Shown here piece after piece: positions 1 to 14,082 of a DNA stretch of 64,000 nt. Position numbers and translations under genes: made by a program. The stretch spans positions 1,240,001-1,304,000 of the forward strand of contig LSRY02000015.1 in the NCBI GenBank assembly GCA_001643675.2, in the 5' to 3' direction. This stretch comes from Monocercomonoides exilis PA203 (lineage: Eukaryota > Protista > Preaxostyla). The number at the start of each line of letters is the position of its first letter. The stretch's first letter is position 1. Below the pieces are notes generated by a model, which was not told where the DNA came from, searched no databases, and saw only the letters and a program-made list of their open reading frames with translations.

Positions 1-902
1 TCCAACAACAGATCGTTATCACTCTCATCTTCAATTTGCATGCGAATATTGTTCTCTGATGAAAAATACGAATCATTGGGAAGAACATCTTGGCTTGAAT
101 CGAAATAGCCATGAAGTGGATCTTCGTCTTTTTCAGTCAATTCATCGCAGTTCAAGATTGTGAAATCGTCGTCGAAGGATTCAAGCAGGTTTTTCTCTTA
201 TTAGTTCAACAAAACAAAATTCAATGTGAAAAAATGTTAATTTTTGAAGAATTGGTAAATTGAAGCAAACTGTTATTACATCTAGGTTTCATTCTTGAAC
301 ATTCTGAGGATTCAGTGGAGTTGTTCATTATGAATTTTTCAAACATCACTTCATCTTCAAAACTTAATTCTGAATAATTTAAGAAAATAAAAGAAAGTGT
401 TAAAGAAAGGGTTTCAAATCGATATAATTCACACAATCTTGATTATTTATTTTTTAGATGTTCCTTTGCTTGTGAAACATCAAAGCTTATATTCGAGGAG
501 CTCTGTTTTGCGTATTTATAATTGCCTATTGTGCAGTTAAATCCATACTTCTCCAATTGATCGAAGCTATATTCATGGCAAACTGTTTTCAACAGTGCCA
601 CTTTTACATGCTTGTTGTCCTCCGAATTATATAGACTTGCTATTCTCAATAAAATACATTCAGATTTTTCTTTAATTTCATTCAATTATAAAAAGATATA
701 ATGATCCGCTCAAATGCATTAACTGATACAAACTGTCAAAAATTTTCTGCATCTCTGTGAAATGCTTTTTTCCTTTGCTTGTGTGTAGAAACATGTATTT
801 TAGCATCTTTGCAACTTGATTTCCAGATTTATCATCTATGAAGTTCCAAACATCGGTGCACTTCTCACTTTTTCGGGATAATGAAAGATTCGAGAACAAC
901 AT
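1..902 (-). pseudogene. Fragmented coding relic, possibly transposon-derived; runs off the window start
   Basis: Abutting short minus-strand ORFs in different frames (678-902, 443-685, 221-436) with protein-like composition. No diagnostic motif recognised. Confidence 0.3.
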
Positions 903-2779
903 TTATTCAGTTATTTCTGAATAGTAATTCGATGTGAAACCAAACAAATTGACGAAGTGATAATGGTTTTTCCCATCTTTTATACAAAAAACTTAATTAT
1001 CTAAACTTTGTCGAACATTTATTAACTTTGCAAATGCGGAAATGTAAAATTCATAAATATAAAGTGAACTTCTTGTGAAAACTGTTTGTTTTCATCTTTT
1101 CTGTTGTTCCTCTCTTTCTATCAAACTTTTTTGCTTTTTGTTGTTTGCAGCTGATTCGAAAAGAGAAGACATTTCAATTATGAAACACTGCAGAAGGAAA
1201 TATTTGATCAATTAATAGAGCTTATTTTTAAGTAATTGTTTTTCAAAAACAGAAGTTCTGCTATATCGAAAATGTTGCATCGAAAATAACAAAGCAATGA
1301 AGATCAAATACAGCAAAATAAATTGAAAAACGATGAGCGAAATGAATAATAGGTTGCATGAAATTGTTATGATTATCCAACAAAAGATAATTCATTATCA
1401 TTCTTTTGACAAAAAAGAGCAACACAAGACATTTTTGAAAGACAGTAATTTTTCACAATGTGCTGGAACATGAAGCGATATAAGTTTGTGAACTTGATAG
1501 TTTTGATTATTTTTTATTTCCAAAAAAATTCTTCAACGTTATGTTTGATTGGATAATTGTTCACAATTGACTTTTTAAGTTTTTAAAAATTATGCAACTG
1601 AATAAAATTCTTCATCTTTTATTCTTCATTGAACTGACCTTCGAATAACCCTTTACCAATAAAACATCTTTTTCTCCATGTTTCATTTACCGCAACTCAT
1701 CGAATGGCTATGACAAGTGAAATTTATCAAATTGCATCTTCACAATCTTCCAGAACCAAACAAGAATTGCTTCAATGTTATTTCTGTTTTCTGTGATTTC
1801 CTTCAACCTTCAAATGAGTTATCCAGATTTATTTTTTTGTTGCACTCCTTCCGATCAACTTTTCTTAGTTAAATATTGTATTTTTTTATTAACCTTATTA
1901 GCTTTTATCATTTTCGCCACGTCACATTCAATAAGTTTTATTCTTTTTAAAATTCTTCTTAACCTTCCTCATCTTCCAATCCTTCTTTGCCTTCATCTTC
2001 ATCAGCATCATCAACGCCTTTTCGCTTTCTTTGTTAATTTTTAGGAAGTGAACAATAGGAGTCATTTGAGTGAAAGAATAAAAAGAAGTTGGGATTTGTC
2101 CTTTTTTTTGGTATCAATAACGAAGCAAAGACGTGACAAATAGATTTTGTTGGCAGAAAAGAAGAAGATAGTTTGTGAAGAATAATCACAAAAAAAGTTA
2201 TTGGTTTGCTAATTGTCTGAATTATTATTATTTCATCAATTATTGTTTTAAATAGAAATTAGGATATTATTTTCAAGAATGTTCGATACCAACGAAAGCT
2301 AATGGAATGTGGAAAGAGAGAGAGAGAGTTGGGTGCGTTTATGAAATCGGGAGATAATAAATGAAGAGGCGCATTGAAGAATGAGCAGCCGAAAAAATAA
2401 AAATCATTTGAAAAGAAAAATATTTTTTTGTAGATTTTGAAAGGCATTTATGAAGAATCTTGTAAAGCAAAAAACGAGAGCAAGAAATTGATGAAATGAT
2501 GAAAAAAGATGTCTAACAAATAATTGAGAGAAAGAAAACAAATTCTGTTTGATAACGAAGAAAAAGAAAATTATTAAAAAACATGGATTGAAAGAGAAAA
2601 GTGGATGAAAAAGAATGAAAAAAAGAAATTTGAAGATGAACAAAGAGAAAGGGGGAAAAAGAGGGAAAAATTAAGAAAAAAAAGAAGAATATGGAAATTA
2701 AGACGATTTCGTTGAAATTGAAGTTGTTGATGAAAATGTGATCGGGTAAACTGAAGGATCTATGGAACATAATGTTGAC

Positions 2780-5700
2780 TCAAAAGAAAGGAACATATTG
2801 TTTATGGATATCTCTTTCGAACTCAGAACTTATAAGTATGGAGCTGAAGAAGCAGACAATTGTAAAACATTGAAAGACGTTGCTCCTCTTCCCTTTTGCC
2901 AACATGCCATTGACTACTGAATCTGCACCAAACTCTTTCTGTCCCCTATCTTCATCTAAAAACAGATGGCCCTTTGCACCTCGTTCCTCCCTAGCTTCAG
3001 CTCTACCAGCTCCACCAGCAGCTGCATTATCCGGAATGGATCTCGCCTCCATTCTTTCTTCGTCACCGCCTTCGGCACAACCACATCCCGCTGTTTCAGC
3101 CATGCCCCTGATGACACCCCTGCCAACACCCCCGAAAGCACACACTCCAGGTTGTCCAGCGCCAATAAACCGTCTTCATAGCTGCATTTTTCTCAGACGC
3201 TTTCAGAGGAGCCCACCTGTCTGTTGTGTCGCACACATCCGGCAGCTTCAAGCAGCGCATCATGAAGTTATTTTGCTGACACACTTCCAGCACAGACGGA
3301 AACGACGGCAGACAGCAGCCCGACAGCCGGTACGCATCCCGGAAGATCCGCAGCGACAGCGCCCGCTGCGTCTGTGGATAGCACACACACAGAAGAGACT
3401 CCAGCTCTGAGTACGTGATCCCTCTGCACACTGCCCCTGTCGATGACAATGACGATGATGTTGTTTATGAAGAAGATGATGAAGTCGATGGATCGCCACT
3501 GCATATCGCATCATACAGCGCATTCATCGACTCCTTCCGCTTCGTTGCCTCTGCCCGGAAGTAGTTCTGCAGAAACCCCAGAAACACAGATTTATCCGCC
3601 TCCCCCTTCTTCGACTGCATTCCTTCGAACTCCCCCAAAAACATTTTGAACTTCTTCTTCGACGCTCCTTCAAGCACCGTTTAGAAGAATTGGAAAAACA
3701 ATAGCTCGTCAACCATAAACTCCTCCGGCACAAGCTTCCCACAAAACCTAACATCCACAAATTTCATCCAAAAAAACTCCACTTCGTGGATTATCCCCTG
3801 CGGCACCCGCTCACTTTTCTTCTGCTCCGTGTGTTTCTCCAACATTCACATGAACACAAAGTCCCCAAACCCCTGCCTCCCCTCACCTGCCCCCTCCCGC
3901 GTCTGCCGCAACCTTGTCTCCGAATATCCCCCTGATCGTCGACAGCTTATGCACCAGCTACGGCAGCAGCCCCAACTTCAGCAACGTCAGCAGCCGCTCC
4001 ATCGGCACAGACGACCGCCGAGTGGGCTGCATCCGAAGCACATGCACCGTTTCTGACACCACCTGCACCTACGACCATGATTCTTTTCTCATCAGCCGCT
4101 CGGTCGCCATTGGAACTTCCAGCAATAACAGCGCAGTTACCCCTTTCTCATCAACCTCACCTTCCATGCTCACTCAAAAGTTTCACCGTCCCACCTGTTT
4201 CTTTAGCTCCTTCACCTGCAAAATCAGTCACTGCTCGGCCTTTTTATTAACTTCTTCATTTTCTTCTGCTCCTGCTTCTTTTGCGCAAGCGCCGTCTGCT
4301 GCTTCTCAATCACTTCATTATACAGCGCCTTCTGCTCGCTTATCGTCTGCTTCTGCACTTTCGACAGCGCCATCAGCATCTTCGTTTCCTTCTCCATCTT
4401 ATTCATCTTCTGCCGCACACTTGCATCCACTCCTCCTTCAGCACCACCACCACCACCACTGGTCCCAGCACTGTTCTTCTCTGATCTCTCGCTGATCAAT
4501 GATCTCGTTCCCTCACTTCCGCCTCCTCCTCCTTCTCCCCCACTGCTGTTTGCTTCGCCCACAACACTCACCCCGCTCCCCGCTTTCACAACAACCCCCT
4601 TCCCGCTCGTGTCTGGCCCAAGCACCACAGCGCTGCCATCCCTGATGCTCGCTGCAAACTTCTCCTGGCACTTTTGACACAGCCCAGAAGGCAGAATCAA
4701 CGTTATCGAAGACGGAAGCATCGCACCCTCCGCAGAAACCAACGAAGAAGATATGAAAAGTGTAAACCACGAACCACCAGTCAATGCTTGCCATCCACAC
4801 ACACCACCCCGCCCTGCTGCGTCCGCCGTTTCTTCTCCTTCTCAATCCTCACATCAAACAGCTCTGCCTTCTCCTTCATCGCCACCAGCTGCTCCTGCAG
4901 CTCCTTCACCTCTGCATTGTTCTTCTCGCTCAGCTCCAGGATCTTCCTCTCCCGCATCCGGATGATTTTGACCTTCTCCTGCAGCTGCTCCGCCAGCCCC
5001 CTCGTCCGCTTCGAGATCCGCTCGTCGTCCCGGATCTTCTGCAGCAGCATGTTGAACTCCGAGTACCGCTTCTCCATCTCCTGCTTCGCCTCCTCGTGCT
5101 GCTCCTTCAGCTCCCGGATCTGCAGCCCCAGCCCCTCCTTCTCCACTTCCAGCTCCATAACATGCCACTCGCACTTTCTGTCCGTTTGCTAAGCGTCTGC
5201 CAGCATTCGCCTTCGTCCTCTCCAGGTCTTCCTCCTTGTTTCTCAGCTATTCCTGCAACCGCTCTTCCTGACGTGCCCCCGCCTCTTACTCCTTCCACAG
5301 CTCGCCATACACAAGTGCATGCTCCACTCGTATCTGGTGCAGCAGCTCTCCTTCCTCGCTGCACCGCATTCCCCAGCATCTCTTCCACATCTTCAAGCGT
5401 CATATCAATGCACATCTGGTTGTGCATAATCTGCTCCCTCACCACCGGCAGGTGCATCTCCTTTGCCTCCATCATCTCTTCAAACAGCTCTTCCAGCCGC
5501 CTCACCCCTTCCATTGAGTATAAAAAGAGCGGACTCGCGACTCTCTCCACATATGCAACTTCATCGGAATAAAGCAGCTCCCCCGTCGCTCCATCGCCTC
5601 AAACGATATTTCTCTCAAAGCCAGCATCCTCGCCCGTCTCAAAAAGTTTTCACTTTCTTCAATCTGCGAAGGCGGATTTCTGAAAAATACATAAAGCGAA

Positions 5701-6180
5701 ACTCCAACACATTTTCATCATCCAAAGGAATTGCCACACAAATCGCCAGTCCTTATTTCCTCCATCCCACGAGGCTCCTCAAAACCCAGTCCTGCAACAG
5801 CTGGCGCATCACAAAAACCCCACACCCACAGAAGATAACATACTCATCAAAAACAAAGCAACAAATATCCAAATCACACACTTGTGTCAATCGCATTCTC
5901 TCTTCGAATGGGGGTCAGAGATCGATCCAGAAACTTCGTCTGCCCGCCCGCAGTCTTAGAAGCGCGCTTCGTTGCGATCGAAGGCTGGAACGGAGTCGAG
6001 CGCAATTGCGTGCTTCTGCCCCCAAACGGCGACCAGGCACGCTTTATCTGCGATGGAAGTGCAGTATGTATCAACTTCTTTCCGTAGTCTGTGAGAGCAC
6101 AAAACACATAAAGATCAAAAACAGAGCGAAAACAGCAAACAAGAAAGTGAACAAAAAAAGTTGGAACACTCAATCATTAT
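2780..6180 (-). pseudogene. Disrupted GC-rich gene for a coiled-coil protein with a TSNAXIP1-like C-terminal region
   Basis: GC-rich island with E/K/Q coiled-coil frames (4781-5158, 4224-4420). A downstream frame reads TIRGIFGDKVAAD...QGFGDFVFM*MLEK...GIIHEV...DVRFCGKL..EEFMVDELLFF. Stops at 4183, 4174, 4069, 3958, 3846 and 3681 plus frameshifts; intron-like T-rich segments near 5680-5880. The family call is tentative. Confidence 0.55.
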
Positions 6181-9100
6181 TAAAAATCTCCCGATAATAA
6201 ACTAATGTAAATTTGTTTCATTTGCATAATGAGATTACATAAATAATGATTGTTATATCTCAAATAAAAGATATGTGAAACTCATTTTGTCAAAAAAGTT
6301 GCAAAAGAAAATTCAAGTTGAATGAATTGCAGTTAATAAACAGAAAAAAATAAAAATAAACTTTAAAAATTGTACCAGTTTGATAACATTTACGAAGAAA
6401 ACTGAAATTCTAAATATGTCAAATGTTGATATTTGAGATAAAAAAATGAATTAATCATACAAGTAAAAATTACGGTTGATTGTTAACATTCGTTGATTTT
6501 TTGTGGAACAAATCAGGTGAAAAAATTGTGATTTTTCAATTTTTTTTCACCCAACTGGAATTATATGAATTGCATTTTTCAGCAATATGTTGCTGCATTG
6601 TCTCTTGAATGAATGCTATCTTTCTTCTAAGTTGTATTTGTTTGTGAAAGGATTGAAGATATCAGGGAAGGAGGGAACTGCTACGGAATGAATAAAAAAA
6701 TAAAAATCGGATTGATTCTATGGATGTGCATGAACAAGCTAATGAAAAAAAGATTCCTTAGGATGAACCAACAAAAAGGGACTTTATGCACTTTGACAAA
6801 TCAACAGCAATTACAATCAGATTTATGTTCAAATTGTTTAAATCATATTCACTCTTTAAACCTTTTCAATTCTTATGTATTGAAGGTATCTTCTGTGAGA
6901 CATTTGCACACCTGCCAACACAGGTTGAAGTTGCTGTATTCTTCCGATTGACATACTAGGTTGAGTTTGCTGTCATCTCTCATGTTTCCCAACTTATTCA
7001 TCCGGTTCGTTTCTCCGTCGCATATTCATTCTGAAGCTTTGTTTTCGGAAGAAAAATTTATTCCTTTAGCAGACAGCTTCCTATCCTCTTTCACCTGCTC
7101 TTCTGTATATTCTTTTTTAAAGTGCGCTCTGCATCTTCATGCCCCCTCTTATTTCCCTTGCTCCTTGTTTGCCTTCTAAAAGTTGTTTACGACTAACTCA
7201 CATATCAGCAGCTCTAATCCCGAGTGCAAAGAATATTTCCCATCCTACCACTCAGCCAAATGCAGAGTGTGTACACTTGTAACGCACGGAATTAAATTGA
7301 TTCGATGAAGACGATGGTCTTCATTATGAGGAGGAGGATGAAAAGAAGAGGAAGAGGAAAGAACAAGAGGAAGAGGAAAGAAGAAGAGGAAGAGGAAGAG
7401 GAAGATGATAGAGAAGGAATTTTAGTTCTTTTTGAAGAAAAAAAAGAAGAAAACAATATTCTTTCATCAGATTGCATTGGAAAAGGTTCAAATGGATTGA
7501 TTGCAGTGCTTTTGTCTATCTCATCTCTTATCTCATTCTTATGGTTTTATGCAAATGTGTTTGGCTTTTGAGAATATTAATTGCAAATGAGAAGGTTTTC
7601 TCATTTTTATCATTATCTCATTCTTCTCTTTCTCCTTCGCCTTCCTTTCAGCTTTTTGTTTGTTCGCATATTATGATAAAAGTATTTAAAAACCAGGAAA
7701 TCTTTTATTTACTGACACTACTTGGAATAATAGCAGTTCTTTTTTAATATCCTCATTCATTTAAGAAATATTTCTTGAAGGAAAAGTTTTGAATGTGTTT
7801 AGAAAAGAATGGGAAAAATGTGGAAGATCATAATGAAGAATTAGATAATAATCATAATGAAAACGGTTTAAACGATGGACAATAATGATGTTCGGATTTT
7901 TTGCTTTCACTTTCGTGATTCCATCTATTTGCGTTCCTTCTGTTTTTCCCTTTTCATTGTATTTTGATCTTATTTATCATTAAGGCTGGCTTCAATTGAT
8001 TTTTTGATCATCAGCTCTTGCAAGTGGTTCGATTCGTTACAGCAAAATACCTCCTTCAGCAACTTGCTCAGTTCATCGTTCTCTTTCTTCAATCTCTTCA
8101 TCCCGGTATTTCAGTTATATTCATGTTTTATGTGTTCTGAATTCCTCGTATCTCCATTTCTATCAAGAGATATGTCTCCTCCTCTTAGCACTCTTTTCCC
8201 AATATCATGCTCGACCACTTTTTCTACCTCCTTCTTCTCCTCCCCCTCTCCTTCCTTATTTCTCTCTCCACTCGCTTTTTTAATTAACTTTTTCTCATTT
8301 TCTCCTCTCTAAAACATGTTCGGAAAAATGGGGTGCTTCTTCTAACACTTTGTCCTCAAATACTCTGATTGCCACGATGTTAATGATACATTCGGAGGAA
8401 AAACGAGAAATCGAATTGAAGCTTGTCTCCAATCCAGCCTTCATCAAACACAATGTCTCAATCAATATGTTTGTTCTGTTGGAAGTTCTTGCTTTGGGAA
8501 AGAAAAAAGACGAAGGAATTGAAGACAACGAATATTTTGATTCAGATAATTGAAGGCTGAGAATTGAAAACAGAAATTTCATCGAAAAACAGAAAGTTTC
8601 ATCAAACTCTTTATTTATTGTTTCCATCTTTGTAACTTCTGCAGGTTCTTCTGGTGAGAGAAACCTTTGAATCCATTATGTACAAATCCTCATAATAACC
8701 TTTTTAATAACGGAAATAAAAATATAATTGAAAAATCCTTTTTTCATTCTATCTCATTCATTTATCCTTTCTTTATTTCGAAATTAATTTTCCTTTCGTC
8801 AAATATAAACAATTACTTTGTTCCATTTCAAGGAATCTTAAAAACAATTTAAATTTCATTGATCTTCTCTTTTTTCAATCCTCTTTTCTTTAAATTTCTC
8901 ATTCGATTTTAATCTCAAATTAAAAAAAAAGTATGTTGTTCTATCAAAAGTTTGAATTTTCAATTTTTAACACAAGTGACAACAATAAACAATAAAACAT
9001 TTCCGAAGAACTGTCATGTTGACTGTTTCAATAAATGAAAACGATAAGAATAAAATCAAGGAGAATATATGTTTTTAATAAATCAACCAAGAATACATAA

Positions 9101-10469
9101 AATACCAGTTTAACAGCTTCAAAAGCTTCTTTTCATTGGTTAATATTTTCTAAATGCCCATGATCAAAGGAAACAATTTGATAAGCAAATCTAATCATAT
9201 TAACCTAGATTATAAAGGAAAAAGAAACATTTTGTTTCAAGACAATAATTTAATAAAAACACTTGAATATCTGAAATTATATAACTTTTTGCTAATCTTT
9301 ATCATTGCAAATTTATTCATCATTAAAGAAAATGAACAAATGCACTTTTGTTAAAATCGTCAAATTATCGACAACGTCCTTTTTTTATCGCGTTCGTTTA
9401 TTTTTTTGAAGATGTTTTCTGAAAGAACAATGACAAAAAGTTTTTAATATGGAAGTTGTTAATCAAAACATCGATCATGAATTTACCGAACTTCACGAAG
9501 ATTGTTGACATTTTGTATTTGTTGATTAATAATTAATAATTTAGAAAAAAACTGGCATTTTTGGTTGAGGCATAATTAAAATTGAAATTCATTTCAAAAA
9601 AAATTTTTTTCTGGACGTTAAAACGTTGATAATAAATTTCACATTTGTTATTAAATTTCAATTTCATTATATTGTTTGCTGTTTCAAATGTGGTTTCAAA
9701 ATCGGTTTGTTTGTGTAGATTTTTGAAATCGAAAATAAACATTGAAAATGGATGATCAAAAAAATTATGTGCCATATGGAATCAAATTTTTGAAAATTTC
9801 ATTTTGTTTGATTTTTTGCGTTATATGAAAATTGAATATTTTCTTCAAATTATCGTACCAATTTCCAAAATTTCATTGGAATGGAAATAACAACATTGTT
9901 CAGTATTCGTTTCTATGTTGGTGATATTTGGTGAGTTTGAATGAAATTTTGTTAATAACAATTTTTTTTTGTTTTCACCTTGATAAATTATCAACAGGAT
10001 TTTTTGGAAAAAAAAGTTCAAAACCAATTTTTTTGAGATTGGAGTGATACAAAGAAAAGAAAGTTAATTGATGAAAATGAGAGATTTGATAAAATTTTTC
10101 CAATATTGCAAATTTTTAAATTCACGTGGGACAAAATATTTGACTTCAGGCATTTTCATTGAAAAATTATACATATGAGATAAACTTTTTGTGATGAAAA
10201 ATTTTGAAATAAATTGGTTTATTTATTGTAATACGTTTGATGTCACAAAACATGATGTTATTATGTCAATGATGTTTGTTTACAAATATGATACTCAAAA
10301 TTTTTTTAAAATCTGATTGAGTTTAATAATATTATGAGTGAAACAATTATTTCATGCTTTGTGCATATGTAGCTTGAATGTCTATATTTTCACCTACAAA
10401 AACACATAACAACAATCAAATCAGATTGTTATTAACGTGAATCCGACTCAGTTGATCTGAACGAATTCT

Positions 10470-11860
10470 CTCGTTCATCGATAAACCTAACCGTTACTGC
10501 TGTTGAAAAGGGAAGAACCGATGGAAAAGTTTGTCGACCAGAGCTGTTCACTAAAAAAAAAAGTGATAACTGGAGTTATAAAAATAAAAAGTTTGACAGG
10601 AGTGAGTTATTCTGTTTCTCAAACAAAACAACTGGTTTGCACTTGACTTCTTTCTTTTAAATGTTTATTTCTAATAATTATTAAAGATGGAATCAGTGCT
10701 AACTGATACAAAAATTCGATGTGAAGATGAAGAAAGCTTGAAAGTCGAAATATTAAAATCAACACCACATTCGTTCGTAAACGAATTTGATATTTTGAAA
10801 CTTTTATTTCTCCTAACTTTAACATTCAACGTTCATCTGTTTCAATCAAGTTGTCTCCTTAACCTTTCTTCCCTCTTCTTTCAACAATTCATGACTTTCA
10901 CAAATACTCAACTTCACTTATTTTAAACTCCAACGAATCCTTTCTTCTTCTCTCCGATTCAACAAAACAACTAACCGTTCATCCTTCAGACGTTCCGGTT
11001 GGGTTTCCAAAAGCTCCAATCAACATATCAAACTACACTCTTGTGGTTGCAGTTGCAGTTGATGGTTATTCTTTGCCAAGCCTTATTCTGTGGCCATTGA
11101 AAAAACTACTCCCTGAAATGAATGTCTTGCTCAGCTCGCAGCTTCACGTTTGTGCTAACAATGATGAATGGATGATTGATTTATTGTTTCCTTGAGACAC
11201 TGAAAAGAGACTACTGCCGGGAATTGTTCAGGAAAAAAATAGCTCGAAAAAATTGAAGATAGATACTTTCTTCTCTTGATACATATCCTTCAGAGCATAG
11301 TCAGAACGATGGCAAAAATTGACAGATGCATCAATTGATTCAGTTTCTTTTATTCAACTAAGCACTCATTAAACACCACCATTTGGTTGTGGAGTTTTTG
11401 CTATTTTTTAAAAAAGTTTCAATACCCATTATGTTGTTCAATTTTCATCTTCATTCTCACTTCGAAGAAAAGCAGTAACACATGTCCTGCCATAGGCTTT
11501 ACAAACTGCACTGCTTCCTTCAACAATTCATTCTGCATTAAAAAATGGTGGAGCACTATCTGGACAGTCGAATTCTATTTTTGCCAAATCACATTACACT
11601 CCTTCATTTCAGCAGAAATAAAAATCCAACAATTCAATTTCCATGGAAAAAATTTTTCTGATCAAGCATTTTTAGATGAATGGAAAGAATTCAAAAAGAT
11701 AAAAAAAGAGAAGAAAAGAGATGTTTCTATTGAAGAAAAAATCGGAAAAGATTTGTTTTGTGAAGAGAAACAGAAAAAAGAAAAATATCCAAATCCCAAA
11801 TTTCAAAAGATGATGATTTTGAAAATGATGATGAACGAAAGAATACAAGAAAAATAATAA
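10470..11860 (+). mobile_element. Decayed pogo/Tigger-type (DDE_1) transposase
   Basis: Stitched frames give ILNSNESFL (cf. NxDET), TLVVAVAVDGYSLPSLILW, ANNDEWMID (cf. NxxGWM), FLLLDTYPS (cf. LLLDxHxS) and STH*TPPFGCGVF (cf. THxxQPLDxGVF), with stops and frameshifts. Ends are approximate. Confidence 0.65.
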
Positions 11861-11919
11861 AATGAAAATAAACGGATAATATTTTTTATTCATTGTTGAT
11901 TTTTTTTTTTTGATAATTA

Positions 11920-12664
11920 CACCAAAAATTATTCAAGATCGAAAAACTTTAATTCAAAATCGAAATTTATTATTCGAAATCGGAATACTTTAATTCGAAA
12001 TCGAAAAAGTTTTATTCGAAATCGAAAAAGTTTAATTTGAAATCGAAAATATTTAATTCAACATCGAAAATGTTTAATTCAAAATCGAAAAAGAAGATAA
12101 TTTGTTCAGAATTTGAATTCAAGTCAAAACCAAGGAAATTTTATTGAAACAAATGTTGACAATTGCAAATGTTTATTTATTGGAAATGTTTTTCTTTCGT
12201 TTTTAACAACTGTTTTTTATAATTAAGACTGATTTCAATCGATAATTATCACATTTTGAAAATTGAAAATGTTTTATTTAATAGTTTTCTTATGCAATTA
12301 AAGAAATTCAAATCATTTCGTTTTCAATAAATGAGATAAATTTCAGTCTTTTTGTGGACGAAACAAGATCATGAACTAACCTATTGCTTTTATTTTTTGC
12401 AAAAATTGCTTATTGTCTCCTGAACACATGTGAAGAATTTAATTATTATTCTGTTTTATCCTATTTCCACTATTTCACACAATCAAACACCAAAAAAAAC
12501 AACAAAAAATATTTTTCTAATTGAAATTGACAAATTTCTCAGATCAATAGCTGAAAGAAAAGAAACTGTCATGAGCATGAATTTTCAAATTTTTTTCAAA
12601 TTTTTTGATGATAATAAATTTCGATGTTGAATTAAACTTTTTCGATTTTGAATAATTTTTGGTG
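11920..12664. mobile_element. Non-autonomous TIR element (MITE) with TA target duplication, Tc1/mariner/pogo-type
   Basis: Left end TA|CACCAAAAATTATTCAAGATCGAAAAACTTTAATTC and right end GAATTAAACTTTTTCGATTTTGAATAATTTTTGGTG|TA form a ~36-bp inverted repeat with 2 mismatches. Confidence 0.8.
11930..12092 (+). repeat. Subterminal tandem array of ~21-bp units (ATCGAAAAAGTTTAATTCRAA-like), about 7-8 copies
   Basis: Directly visible periodic repeat extending the left TIR of the MITE. Confidence 0.85.
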
Positions 12665-13087
12665 TACAACTGCAATTTGAATATATATATATATATATAT
12701 TCATTTTTTTATCAACAAATAAATTTTATGCCTTAAAAAAAAACACCCTATGTTAACTGATAAAACTCATATTCTTTCATGAGTTTAGATTTCTGAAAAA
12801 CAAAACATTAAAGACTCTTTTGCTTCGAAATATTTCTGATATTTCGAGAATAAGCAAATGAATCTTTGTAAAAATTTCTGGCGTTAATCATTGTTTTTTA
12901 AATAACAATTCTCACATAAAAAGTTTCAATACTCAAATATAAAACTTGTGATCAAAAAATAAGCAAAGATTAAAAACATCCAAGTACTTTAAAAATACTC
13001 GAAAAAGTTCAATTAAACATCTCAAGAATTCGAAAAAGAAACTAATAACATGTTGTGTGAATGCTGGAAATGAAATTAATGAAGTGC

Positions 13088-14019
13088 TTATGCTGGTAGT
13101 TCATCTTGTATCTTTGCAAACGCATCTTCAAGAGCTTTAAAAAGAGCATCTTCGGCTTTCTCTCTCTCCTCTTTTTCTTTCTGGAATTAAAAATTTAGTA
13201 AATAAATAAATTCATAAAATATGGAATATAAACCAATGAAATAGAAACAACCTGGAGCTGATCTTGATAATATTGAGATACTTCTTCAAATTTTGATAAA
13301 ATTCGCTTTCTCGAATCTTCACGATCCTTCATGTTTTGAGCAAGGCTGTGCTGAAGCTCTGTCATATCCTTTGCAAACGCTGAAATAACAGCTACTCCTG
13401 CTTCGCTTCTTTGTTTCCTTTCTTCTTCAATTTTCCCAAATAAAGTTTGAAGTTCTTGTCGCACAATTGAAGAACGTTTTTGGGCATCATCTGTCATTTT
13501 AGCTTGTATACTCGCAAGATCATTACGAATAGCCGAAAGTTGTTGCTCAAATGACATGAGCATACTTTTTTCTGCTTGTTGGCGTCTGGAATATTCTTCC
13601 TCAACTCTGTTTTCAATTCTGTTTTCTGTTGTTTTGAGAATTTGAAGTTGTTTCTTATTCGCTGATTTTTGAGCCGCTTTAGTTTTCGTACGAAAATGAA
13701 AGAAAAAAATTTATTTAAAATGACTCTATAACCGATTTAAAAAACCTTCTTCTTTTAAAAATTGATCATCAATTATTCTTAATTGCTCAGAAAGCTCCTC
13801 AAAAAAGTCTTCATGACTTTTTTTTAAATTTTCTGAATTCTCTTCCAATAAGCTTATTTCCTGATCCAATAACGCTTTTTTATTGCTTAATTCAGGTTGT
13901 TTAACTTTTGTTCCCTCGAGCCTCGAAGTCATTGTCGAAATCCTTTGTTTTGTAAAAGTTGAAGATTTTTGAAAGTTTGGACTCGAAGCGTCTTGCATCA
14001 ATCTCCTTCTCGCGGACAT
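13088..14019 (-). CDS. SF-assemblin/beta-giardin family striated-fibre protein (3 exons)
   Basis: Introns 13677-13745 and 13181-13251 (GT-AG) join one frame. A short non-helical head is followed by a segmented coiled coil ending EKEEREKAEDALFKALEDAFAKIQDEL, typical of the family. Confidence 0.75.
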
Positions 14020-14082
14020 AACTGTCAAATAATATTTGAATTCAACAATTTGATCATAACCATACGTTGATTCATTCATTGA

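Noticed and set aside
2880-6197. Plus-strand ORFs in the GC-rich island
   Set aside because: They are antisense to the decayed minus-strand coiled-coil gene and have shadow-type composition.
6516-6550. Hairpin GGTGAAAAAATTG...CAATTTTTTTTCACC
   Set aside because: It is short and mostly A/T runs, so expected by chance, and shows no ncRNA features.
6600-8660. Short ORFs and moderately GC-rich patches
   Set aside because: Probably old gene or TE debris, but with many stops and no recognisable motif no call can be supported.
11930-12092. CRISPR-like array
   Set aside because: The units are contiguous with no unique spacers, the context is eukaryotic, and the array is part of a TIR element.
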